The translations under genes and the position numbers were made by a program. Below, in pieces: positions 1-8,064 of a DNA stretch of 25,290 bases; the stretch's first letter is position 1; each line of letters opens with the position of its first letter. Source of the stretch: Candidatus Eiseniibacteriota bacterium (GTDB lineage: Bacteria > Eisenbacteria > RBG-16-71-46 > DASYSL01); the NCBI GenBank assembly GCA_046598045.1, contig JBKJJJ010000070.1, positions 1 through 25,290 on the forward strand. The letters are read 5' to 3'. The notes beneath the pieces are model-generated. The model had not been told where the DNA came from, searched no databases, and worked only from the letters and a program-made list of their open reading frames with translations.

Positions 1-1
1 G

Positions 2-1189
2 ATCCGCGAGGGCGTGGTCAAGAACATCACCGACTTCGGCGCGTTCGTCGACCTCGGCGGCATCGATGGCCTGCTGCACATCACGGACATGTCGTGGGGC
101 CGCGTGTCGCACCCGTCGGAGATCGTCAAGATCGGCGACAAGATCACGGTCAAGGTGCTCAACTTCGATCCCGAGAAGGAGCGCATTTCGCTCGGGCTGA
201 AGCAGCTCACGCCGTATCCGTGGGAGGGCGTCGAGGCCAAGTACCCGGTCGCCACACGCGTCAAGGGCAAGGTGGTCTCGATCACCGACTACGGCGCGTT
301 CGTCGAACTGGAGAAGGGCGTCGAGGGCCTCGTGCACGTGTCCGAGATGAGCTGGACGCGCCACGTGCGCCACCCGTCGAAGGTGGTGTCGATCGGTGAC
401 GAGATCGAGGCGCTCGTGCTCAAGGTGGACCAGGGCAACGAGAAGATCTCGCTCGGCCTGAAGCAGGTCGAACCCGATCCCTGGCTCACGCTCGATGACC
501 GCTTCCCGGTCGGCTCGCGCGTCAGCGGCAAGGTGCGCAACCTGACGAACTTCGGCGCGTTCGTCGAGCTCGAAGAGGGCATCGACGGCCTCGTGCACGT
601 GTCCGACATGTCGTGGACCAAGCGCGTCTCGCACCCGTCCGAGGTGGTCAAGAAGGGCGAGGGCGTGGACGTCGTCGTGCTCTCGATCGACAAGGAGAAC
701 CGCCGCATTTCGCTCGGGTTGAAGCAGGTGCAGGACGACCCGTGGCCGACGCTGGCGGAGAAGTTCCCCTCGGGCATGACGGTCACCGCCACGGTGAACC
801 GCCTGTTCGACCGCGGCGCGATCGTGGACGTGGGCGGCGACATCGAGGGCTTCGTGCCCCTGTCGCAGCTCGGCGTGGATGACCTCAAGAAGCCGGGCGA
901 GGCGTTCCTGCCCGGCGAGTCGCTGACGCTCAAGGTGACGCGCGTCGACGTGCCCAACCACCGGCTGGTGTTGTCGGTCCGGGCCTGGCTGCAGGACCAG
1001 GACGACGTGACGCTCGCCGAGTGGACCGCCGCCCGCAACAAGGCGCGCGCGCTCGCAGCGGAGGCCGAGAAGGCCGAGGCAGCGAAGGCCGAGTCGAAGG
1101 CGAAAGCGAAGGATCGCCCGGCCGACGACGAGGTCGAAGGCGTCGAGGGCGTCGAGAGCGTCGAAGGGGTCGAGGAAGACCTGGCGTAA
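2..1189 (+). CDS. rpsA: 30S ribosomal protein S1, 5'-truncated by the window edge
   Basis: Frame open from position 2. Repeated S1 domains (ITDFGAFVDLGGIDGLLHITDMSW; ITDYGAFVELEKGVEGLVHVSEMSW; LTNFGAFVELEEGIDGLVHVSDMSW; plus a final more divergent domain). Stop TAA at 1187-1189. Confidence 0.98.
   Translation: MREGVVKNITDFGAFVDLGGIDGLLHITDMSWGRVSHPSEIVKIGDKITVKVLNFDPEKERISLGLKQLTPYPWEGVEAKYPVATRVKGKVVSITDYGAFVELEKGVEGLVHVSEMSWTRHVRHPSKVVSIGDEIEALVLKVDQGNEKISLGLKQVEPDPWLTLDDRFPVGSRVSGKVRNLTNFGAFVELEEGIDGLVHVSDMSWTKRVSHPSEVVKKGEGVDVVVLSIDKENRRISLGLKQVQDDPWPTLAEKFPSGMTVTATVNRLFDRGAIVDVGGDIEGFVPLSQLGVDDLKKPGEAFLPGESLTLKVTRVDVPNHRLVLSVRAWLQDQDDVTLAEWTAARNKARALAAEAEKAEAAKAESKAKAKDRPADDEVEGVEGVESVEGVEEDLA
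1133..1174 (+). repeat. Imperfect 9-bp tandem repeat (GTCGARRGS, about 4.7 copies) encoding VEG/VES units in the acidic RpsA tail
   Basis: gtcgaaggc gtcgagggc gtcgagagc gtcgaaggg gtcgag, read directly. Confidence 0.85.
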
Positions 1190-1199
1190 ACCCGACCGG

Positions 1200-1227
1200 C
1201 GGGGGGCGGACCGACGTCCGCTCCCCG
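1200..1227 (+). other. GC-rich intergenic hairpin between rpsA and miaB, with no U-tract
   Basis: CGGGGGGCGGAC-CGAC-GTCCGCTCCCCG forms a 12-bp stem with one G-U pair. Confidence 0.6.
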
Positions 1228-1254
1228 TCCGGGCGATCACCAGGGGGACCTCGC

Positions 1255-2562
1255 GTGAAACGCTTCTATCTCGAGAGCTACGGCTGCCAGATGAACGTGT
1301 ACGACACGCAGGGCCTCGCGCGCATGCTCGAGGACCACGATTTCGTGCGCGTTCTCGAGCCCGAATCCGCCGACGTCGTTCTGGTCAACACCTGCTCGGT
1401 GCGCGAGCACGCCGAGGAGCGGACGCTCACCCGCCTCGCCGTGCTCGGACGCCTCAAGGCGCAGAACCCCGCGATGAAGCTCGGCGTCTGCGGCTGCATG
1501 GCGCAGCGCATGGGCGCCGAGATCAAGAAGCGCGTGCCGCGCGTCGACCTCGTGGTCGGGGCGCAGGCGCTGCCCGCGGTTCTGCCCGCGCTCGAGGCGC
1601 TCGATCGCGGGGAGCAGCCGGGCCCCTGGGTCGAGCCGCTCGACCACTACCTGCCGCCGCCGCGCCCGCGCTTCGATGCCAAGAACATGAAGGGCTTCGT
1701 CACCATCATCCGCGGCTGCAACAAGTCGTGCGCCTACTGCATCGTGCCGATCACGCGCGGGCCCGAGGTCAGCCGCCACCCGGACGACCTCGTCCTCGAG
1801 GTGCACGAGCTGGTGCTCATGGGCGCGCGCGAGATCACGCTGCTCGGGCAAAACGTCAACAGCTACGAGTCGGCCGGCGTGGACTTCCCGGAACTGCTCG
1901 CACGCTGCGGCGCCGTGCCCGGCAAGTGGCGGCTGCGCTTCACCACCAGCCATCCGCGCGACATGAGCAGGGAGGTCATGCGCCGCATGGCACAGGCGCC
2001 GCGGCTCGCGCCCTGGATCCACCTGCCCGTCCAGTCGGGCTCGCCGCGCGTGCTCCGGGCGATGAACCGCGACTACTCGCTCGAGCACTACCTCGAGGTG
2101 ATCGCGGCGGCGCGCGAATCGATCCCGGACCTCGCCCTCACGACCGACCTGATCGTGGGCTTTCCGGGCGAGACCGAGGCCGAGTTCGAGGAGACGATCG
2201 CGCTGGTCGAGCGCCTGCGCTACGACACGTCCTACGCGTTCAAGTACTCGCCACGCTCCGGGACCGCGGCGGCCCGCCTGCCGGACGACATCCCGCCCGA
2301 GCTCAAGCAGTCGCGGCTGGCGCGCTTGCTCGAGGTCCAGCGCCGGGTGTCGCATGACGTCAACCAGGCGTACGTCGGGCGCACGCTCGAGGTGCTGGTC
2401 GAGGGCTCGGATTCGAAGGGCAAGAACCTGCTCGCGCGCACGGGCCAGAACAAGATGGTCGTGGTGCCGGCCCAGGAGGTGAAGCCCGGGTCGTTCCGCG
2501 ATGCCCTGATCGAGCGCGCCGAGGGGCAGACGCTCTACGGCGACCTGCTGCCGGCCTCATGA
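1255..2562 (+). CDS. miaB: tRNA-2-methylthio-N6-dimethylallyladenosine synthase MiaB (435 aa)
   Basis: GTG start after AGGGGGA. UPF0004 cysteines (YGCQMN, NTCSVREHAE, GCMAQ), radical SAM GCNKSCAYC, LLGQNVNSY, FTTSHP, IVGFPGET, and a C-terminal TRAM-like region. Confidence 0.96.
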   Translation: MKRFYLESYGCQMNVYDTQGLARMLEDHDFVRVLEPESADVVLVNTCSVREHAEERTLTRLAVLGRLKAQNPAMKLGVCGCMAQRMGAEIKKRVPRVDLVVGAQALPAVLPALEALDRGEQPGPWVEPLDHYLPPPRPRFDAKNMKGFVTIIRGCNKSCAYCIVPITRGPEVSRHPDDLVLEVHELVLMGAREITLLGQNVNSYESAGVDFPELLARCGAVPGKWRLRFTTSHPRDMSREVMRRMAQAPRLAPWIHLPVQSGSPRVLRAMNRDYSLEHYLEVIAAARESIPDLALTTDLIVGFPGETEAEFEETIALVERLRYDTSYAFKYSPRSGTAAARLPDDIPPELKQSRLARLLEVQRRVSHDVNQAYVGRTLEVLVEGSDSKGKNLLARTGQNKMVVVPAQEVKPGSFRDALIERAEGQTLYGDLLPAS

Positions 2563-3353
2563 CCCGTACCGCCGCGATCGGGTTCGCGCTGGGGACACTG
2601 TTCGCTTCGCTGGCCGGCGCGGCGGCTCCCGTGCCCGCACGCAAGCCCGCGGCCCACGCGGCCCCTGCGCCCGCCCCTGCGCCCTTGCCCGATCCGATCC
2701 GCGCCGAGTTCGACGCCGCGATCGCGCCCGGCCTCGGCGACAGCACCAGCGCCCGGCTCGGGCGCTTCCTCGTGGCCCACCCCCGGCATCCGCTGGCGAC
2801 CGGCGCGCAATTCGAATTGGGCACGCTCGCCTATGTCCGGGGTGACTACGGCAACGCGCGCGAGCGCTTCCGCCGCGCGCGCGCAGGCGCGCTCACCGAC
2901 GAGGCCCGCTACTGGGAGGGCCTCGCCGCGTTCGCGCTCGGCCGCACGCGCGACGCGCGCGATGCCGCGCTCGGGCTCACGCGCTCCCGCAAGGACGGGC
3001 CCCGGCGCTGGGACTCGGCGTACCTGGTCGCGCTCTCGTGGGCGCAGGAGGGCCGCCGCCCCGAGGCGCTCGCCGCCTACAAGGGGCTGTTCGACCTGCC
3101 TGCCGGCCCGATGCAGGCGGCCGCGCTTTACCAGGCGCAGCGCCTCGCCGCCGGGCTCGCGCGCACCGACGACGCATCCGCGTGGGGGCGAAAGCTGCTC
3201 GCCGTCTACCCGAACAGTCCCGAAGCCGCGAGCTTCCGCGCCGAATCCCCGGTCGCAGCCAGGCCGACGCCGGCCAAGGGCCCGTCGACGCCACGCCCGG
3301 GACTCGCGCCCGACAAGCGCGGCAAGCCCGGCAAGCCGGCCGCCGGCCGCTGA
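2559..3353 (+). CDS. Secreted tetratricopeptide-repeat protein (YbgF/CpoB- or BamD-like TPRs), 264 aa
   Basis: ATGA overlap with the miaB stop. Hydrophobic signal-like N-terminus, Pro/Ala linker, TPR-like helices (AQFELGTLAY, ARYWEGLAAF, AYLVALSW, ALYQA) and an LLAVYPNSPEA motif. Confidence 0.75.
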   Translation: MTRTAAIGFALGTLFASLAGAAAPVPARKPAAHAAPAPAPAPLPDPIRAEFDAAIAPGLGDSTSARLGRFLVAHPRHPLATGAQFELGTLAYVRGDYGNARERFRRARAGALTDEARYWEGLAAFALGRTRDARDAALGLTRSRKDGPRRWDSAYLVALSWAQEGRRPEALAAYKGLFDLPAGPMQAAALYQAQRLAAGLARTDDASAWGRKLLAVYPNSPEAASFRAESPVAARPTPAKGPSTPRPGLAPDKRGKPGKPAAGR

Positions 3354-3373
3354 CGCCGCGCACGGAGGGCACC

Positions 3374-6022
3374 CTGGCCGCGAAGACCTCCCCGTTGATG
3401 GAACAGTTCGGGCGCATCAAGCGCGCGCACCCGGACTCGATCCTGTTCTTCCGCGTCGGCGACTTCTACGAGACCTTCTTCGACGACGCGATCGAGGCCG
3501 CGAAGCTGCTCGGCATCACGCTCACCTCGCGCAACAAGAACGATCCCTCGCCGATCCCGCTCGCCGGCATTCCGTGGCACCAGCGGGACGTCTACGTCGC
3601 TCGCCTGCTCCGGCACGGGCGCCGGGTCGCGATCTGCGAGCAACTCGAGGACCCGGCCGAGGCGAAGGGCCTGGTCGACCGCGGCGTGACCGAGGTCCTA
3701 ACCCCGGGCTCGGTGGTCGCGGACGCGTTTCTGGTGGCGGGGGAGAGCAACTACCTGGCGGCGATCGTGCCGGGCGAGGACGGCGCGCGGGCCGGGCTCG
3801 CATTGCTCGAGGCCTCGACCGGCGAGTTCCTGGCGGGCGAGTTCCCGGCCGACGAGGCCGCGGCCGAGATCGGGCGCTACGTGGTCGCCGAGTTCGTGCT
3901 CGCCGCCGGCGCCGCGCTCGCGCGGCCGCTCGAGGCCGCGCTCTTCGGGGCGCGCGCGGTGACGCGCCTGCCCGCGGCGCGCTTCGCGCGCGAGGGTGCG
4001 CGCGATGCCGTGGCAGCGCAATTCGGCGAGGCTGCGGCCGATGGGCTCGCCGCCGCGCCCCTGGCGACCCGCGCTGCCGCCGCCGCACTCGGCTACCTCG
4101 CCGAGGTCCAAGGCAGCGCGCTCGCGCAGGTGCGCCGCCTCGGGCGGCTCGCGACGCGCGAGCACCTCGGCCTCGACCCGGCGACGCGGCGCTCGCTCGA
4201 GCTGTTCGAGCCCGCCCCGGGCGGCGACCCCGCGCACACGCTGTGGGCGGTGCTCCACCGAACGCGCACTCCGGCCGGCGCGCGACGCCTGCGCGCGCTG
4301 CTCGAGCGCCCGCTGGTCGATCCCGATGCGATCGAGGCACGGCTGTCGGCGGTGGACGCGCTGGTCAAAGACCCCGAGCGCCGCCAGCGCGTGCGCGGCC
4401 TGCTGGATGAGACCTACGACCTCGAGCGCCTGACCGCGCGCGTGGCCTCGCTCAAGGCGAACGCCCGCGACCTCGTCGCGCTGCGCGAGACGCTGCTGCG
4501 CGTGCCCGCGCTCCTGCACGTGCTCCAGGGCGCGGCCGAGGTCACGCCCGACCTCGCGCGCATCGCCTCCGGGCTCGATCCCCATGACGACCTCGCCTCT
4601 CTGCTTGGGCGCGCGCTCGTCGACGACCCGCCGGTCACGCTCAAGGAGGGCGGGATGATCCGCCCGGGCTACGACCCCGCGCTCGATGCCCTGCGCGAGC
4701 TGGCGTCGGGCGGCAAGCGCTGGCTCGCCGAGTTCGAGACCCGCGAGCGCGAGGCCACCGGCATCCCGTCGCTCAAGGTCGGCTACAACCGCGTGTTCGG
4801 CTATTACCTCGAGATCACGAAGTCCCAGCAGGCGAAGGCGCCCGCGCACTACGAGCGCCGCCAGACGCTGACCACGGCCGAGCGCTACGTCACGCCGGAA
4901 TTGCGCGAGAAGGAGTCGCAGGTCCTGGGCGCGGAGGAGCGGCTGCGCCAGGCCGAGCACGAGCGCTTCCTCGAATTGCGCGACGCCTGCGCGGCGCATA
5001 TCGAGAGCCTGCAGGACACCGCGGGTGCGCTCGCGCTGCTGGATGCGATCGCCGGACTCGCCGAGGTCGCCGCGCAATCGGGCTGGACGCGGCCGCGCGT
5101 GCATGGCGGCGACCGGCTGCTGCTCCAGGGCTCGCGCCACCCGGTGGTCGAGCGCCTGCTCCCGCCCGGACGTTTCGTGCCGAACGACGTCGACCTCGAC
5201 CCGGCGAAGAAGCAGATCGTGCTCTTGACCGGGCCGAACATGGCGGGCAAGTCGACCTACATGCGGCAGGTCGCGCTCAATGTCCTGCTGGCGCAGGCGG
5301 GCTCGTTCGTGCCCTGCGCCGCGGCCGAGATCGGCGTGGTCGACCAGATCTTCACGCGCGTCGGGGCGGGAGATCACGTGGCCGGCGGGCAGTCCACGTT
5401 CATGCTCGAGATGCTCGAGACCGCGAACATCCTCAAGCGTGCGACCGCGCGCTCGCTCGTCGTGCTCGACGAGATCGGGCGGGGGACCTCGACCTACGAC
5501 GGCATGTCGCTCGCGTGGGCGGTCACCGAGGAGCTGCACAGGGACGGCGGCGCGCGCCCGCGCACGCTGTTCGCGACCCACTATCACGAGCTGACGCGCC
5601 TCGCCGAGCACCTGCCGCGCGTGGTCAATCGCAGCGTGCGGGTCGAGGAGTACGGCGAGGACGTGATCTTCCTGCACGAGGTGGTCGACGGGCCCGCCGA
5701 CAAGAGCTACGGCATCCACGTCGCGCGGCTCGCGGGGCTGCCGGACCACGTCGTCGCCCGCGCGCGCGCGATCCTCGCGTTGCTCGAAGCGGGGCGGGTG
5801 GATCCACTGGAGGAGGGGGCGATGGCCGGCCTGCCGGCACCGGCGGAGCAGGTGGCCGACCGCGCCGTGCCGCCGCCGCAACTGAGCCTGTTCGGAGCCG
5901 ACCCGCGGGCCGCGGAGCTGAGGAGCCTGCTGGCCGAGCTCGACCTCGATCGCATGGCACCGCGCGACGCCCTCGCCCTGCTGTACGAGTGGCGGGAGAA
6001 GCTCGAGGCGGGGAGGCAGTAG
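3374..6022 (+). CDS. mutS: DNA mismatch repair protein MutS (MutS1); start probably CTG 3374, alternatives TTG 3395 and ATG 3398
   Basis: TSPLMEQF N-terminal motif, FFRVGDFYE mismatch-binding motif, Walker A TGPNMAGKSTYMRQ, DEIGRGTST, FATHYHEL, SYGIHVARLAGLP, and C-terminal QLSLF. Confidence 0.97.
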   Translation: MAAKTSPLMEQFGRIKRAHPDSILFFRVGDFYETFFDDAIEAAKLLGITLTSRNKNDPSPIPLAGIPWHQRDVYVARLLRHGRRVAICEQLEDPAEAKGLVDRGVTEVLTPGSVVADAFLVAGESNYLAAIVPGEDGARAGLALLEASTGEFLAGEFPADEAAAEIGRYVVAEFVLAAGAALARPLEAALFGARAVTRLPAARFAREGARDAVAAQFGEAAADGLAAAPLATRAAAAALGYLAEVQGSALAQVRRLGRLATREHLGLDPATRRSLELFEPAPGGDPAHTLWAVLHRTRTPAGARRLRALLERPLVDPDAIEARLSAVDALVKDPERRQRVRGLLDETYDLERLTARVASLKANARDLVALRETLLRVPALLHVLQGAAEVTPDLARIASGLDPHDDLASLLGRALVDDPPVTLKEGGMIRPGYDPALDALRELASGGKRWLAEFETREREATGIPSLKVGYNRVFGYYLEITKSQQAKAPAHYERRQTLTTAERYVTPELREKESQVLGAEERLRQAEHERFLELRDACAAHIESLQDTAGALALLDAIAGLAEVAAQSGWTRPRVHGGDRLLLQGSRHPVVERLLPPGRFVPNDVDLDPAKKQIVLLTGPNMAGKSTYMRQVALNVLLAQAGSFVPCAAAEIGVVDQIFTRVGAGDHVAGGQSTFMLEMLETANILKRATARSLVVLDEIGRGTSTYDGMSLAWAVTEELHRDGGARPRTLFATHYHELTRLAEHLPRVVNRSVRVEEYGEDVIFLHEVVDGPADKSYGIHVARLAGLPDHVVARARAILALLEAGRVDPLEEGAMAGLPAPAEQVADRAVPPPQLSLFGADPRAAELRSLLAELDLDRMAPRDALALLYEWREKLEAGRQ

Positions 6023-7927
6023 CTAACGCGTGGTGGCGCTTGCACCTTCCGCGATGACCTCGAGCACGTTCTCATAGCGCCCGAAGCTCGGCATCAGGTA
6101 GGTCCCCGCGAACTGGCCGTGCGCGCCCCTGAACAGCTCGCGCGCGTGCTTGACGCCCTCGGCCTGCGCGGCCGCGCCCGCGTCGCGCAGGCGGTCCCTC
6201 AGGTCCTGCGGCACCGTGATGCCGGGCACCTCGTTGTGCATGAACTCGGCGTGGCGGAACGACTGGAGCGGCAGGATCCCGAGCAGCACCGGGACCGGGA
6301 TCGGGCCGAACTCCGCGAGGAAATTGTCCCAAATCCCCATGTCGTAGAACGGCTGCGTCATCACGAAGTCGGCGCCCGCGTCGAGCTTCTCCCGGAAGCG
6401 CGCCATCTCGATCGTGAGGTCGTCGGCGGTCGGGTTGACCGCGCACGCGATCGCGAAGTTCGTGCGTTCGCCGATCGGGTTGCCCGCGAGGTCCGTGCCC
6501 GCGTTCAGCTTCTTGATCACGCGGATCAGCCCGATCGAGTCCACGTCGTAGACCGCGGTGACGTTCGGGTAGTCGCCGGCGCTCGGCGGGTCGCCGGTGA
6601 GCGCGAGGATCGTGCGCAGCCCCATTGCGTGCGCGCCCAGCAGGTCGGCCTGGATGCCCATCAGGTTCCGGTCGCGGCACGTGAAGTGGAGGATGGTCTC
6701 GAACGCCGGGTAGTGGCGCATCACGAGGTAGGTCAGCGCCTGCGCGCTCATGCGCACGCGCGCCATCGGCGAGTCGGCGACGTTGACCGCGTCGACGCCG
6801 CGCTCGGCGAGCAGCTTCGCGCCCGCGAGGATCTTCTGCGGGTTGATGCCGCGCGGCGGATCGAGCTCGACCGAGACCAGGAACTTCTCGCGCATCAGGC
6901 GGAGGATCGAGGGCTCGACGCGCTCGCCCTCTCCGGGCGGAGGCGCGGGCGCGGGCGCGTCGCCGGGCGTCCCGCGGTGCGGCGCCGCCGGGCGCTCGGC
7001 CTCGGGCACGGCGGGGAGCGCGGAGGCGCCGATCTGCGCGCGCATGGCCGCGATGTGCTCGGGCGTCGTGCCGCAGCAGCCGCCCACGAGCGTGGCGCCC
7101 GCCTCGAGGAAGCGCTGCGCGTAGGACGCGAAGTACTCGGGCGTCGCCATGTAGGCGTAGCGTCCGCCGACGAGCTGCGGCAACCCGGCGTTCGGCATGG
7201 CCGCGATCCACGGCGCGTGCGCCCCGCGGGCGAGCCGCGCGGCGCGCGCCGCGGCGAAGGCCACGACGACGTCGAGCGTGCCTTGCGGCCCGACCGAGCA
7301 GTTCGTGCCGACGATGTCGGCGCCCGCGTCCGCGAGCCGGTCGTAGGCGTCACCGGGGCGGTGGCCGTAGAACGTGCGGCCGTCCTCGCCGAACGTCAGC
7401 AGCGTCGCGGCAGGCAGGGCACACAGGCCGCGCACGGCGGCGAGCGCGGCGAGCAACTCCTCGAGGTCGCCGAAGGTCTCGAGCACGAAGCCGTCGACGC
7501 CGCCCTCGAGCAGACCCTCGACGGCTTCACGAAACATCGAATTTGCATCGTCGAGCGCGACCGTCCCGTAGGGCGCGAGCGGCTTGCCCAGCGGGCCCAT
7601 CGAGCCCAGCACGAACGCGGCGTGGCCCATGACCTCGCGCGCGTCGCGCGCCACCCGCGCGCCCTGGCGGGCGATCAGGCGCACCTTGTCCTCGTGGCCG
7701 AACGCCGAGAGGCGCATGCGGTTCGCGCCGAAGGTGTTGGTCTCGATCGCTTCCGCGCCGGCCGCGAGATAATCGCGGTGGACCTGGCCGATGAGCTTCG
7801 GGTTCGAGAGGTTCAGCTCGTCGAAGTTCTGGTCGAAGGCGATGCCGCGCGCGTACAACTGCGTGCCCATGGCGCCGTCGGCGAGCAGCGGGCCACGCGC
7901 CAGGCGGTCGAGCAGGGGAGACTTCAC
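6023..7927 (-). CDS. yitJ: Bifunctional homocysteine S-methyltransferase / methylenetetrahydrofolate reductase (YitJ-like), 634 aa
   Basis: GTG start after GAGGT. Hcy-binding domain (DGAMGTQL, ETNTFGAN, GTNCSVGP, GGCCGTTPEHI Zn ligands), a Pro/Ala linker, then an MTHFR domain (SVELDPP, HFTCRDRN, LALTGDPP, GADFVMTQP, NEVPGI). Confidence 0.92.
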   Translation of the reverse strand: MKSPLLDRLARGPLLADGAMGTQLYARGIAFDQNFDELNLSNPKLIGQVHRDYLAAGAEAIETNTFGANRMRLSAFGHEDKVRLIARQGARVARDAREVMGHAAFVLGSMGPLGKPLAPYGTVALDDANSMFREAVEGLLEGGVDGFVLETFGDLEELLAALAAVRGLCALPAATLLTFGEDGRTFYGHRPGDAYDRLADAGADIVGTNCSVGPQGTLDVVVAFAAARAARLARGAHAPWIAAMPNAGLPQLVGGRYAYMATPEYFASYAQRFLEAGATLVGGCCGTTPEHIAAMRAQIGASALPAVPEAERPAAPHRGTPGDAPAPAPPPGEGERVEPSILRLMREKFLVSVELDPPRGINPQKILAGAKLLAERGVDAVNVADSPMARVRMSAQALTYLVMRHYPAFETILHFTCRDRNLMGIQADLLGAHAMGLRTILALTGDPPSAGDYPNVTAVYDVDSIGLIRVIKKLNAGTDLAGNPIGERTNFAIACAVNPTADDLTIEMARFREKLDAGADFVMTQPFYDMGIWDNFLAEFGPIPVPVLLGILPLQSFRHAEFMHNEVPGITVPQDLRDRLRDAGAAAQAEGVKHARELFRGAHGQFAGTYLMPSFGRYENVLEVIAEGASATTR

Positions 7928-7980
7928 GGCACCTCGGGGCAGCGGGATGGATGGAGCGCGAGCGCGCGGTGGACATGCCC

Positions 7981-8010
7981 AATGTGCTGGAGATCGCCCC
8001 CCACGGTCAA
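7981..8010 (-). promoter_or_regulatory. Putative sigma70-type promoter for yitJ
   Basis: Minus strand reads TTGACC-18 bp-CACATT. Confidence 0.5.
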
Positions 8011-8029
8011 GCGCGGGCGCGGCGCGGCC

Positions 8030-8058
8030 TTGCCCTGTCCGGCAGCGACCACTAGACT
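8030..8058 (+). promoter_or_regulatory. Putative sigma70-type promoter of the S55 protease operon (leaderless)
   Basis: TTGCCC-17 bp-TAGACT. Only 6 nt separate the -10 from the ATG at 8065, and there is no SD. Confidence 0.7.
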
Positions 8059-8064
8059 CCGGGC

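Noticed and set aside
7527..7982. Minus-strand ORF starting in the yitJ leader as a possible attenuator peptide
   Set aside because: It runs 151 codons out of frame into yitJ, is not Met/Cys-rich, and has no attenuator structure.
7928..8064. SAM (S-box) riboswitch upstream of the YitJ-like gene
   Set aside because: The predicted leader is only about 50 nt, with no SAM-I core (AUC...GAU P1, AGA/GAGGGA, GCAACC) and no terminator. An Rfam/Infernal scan would be needed to exclude small SAM or SAH classes.
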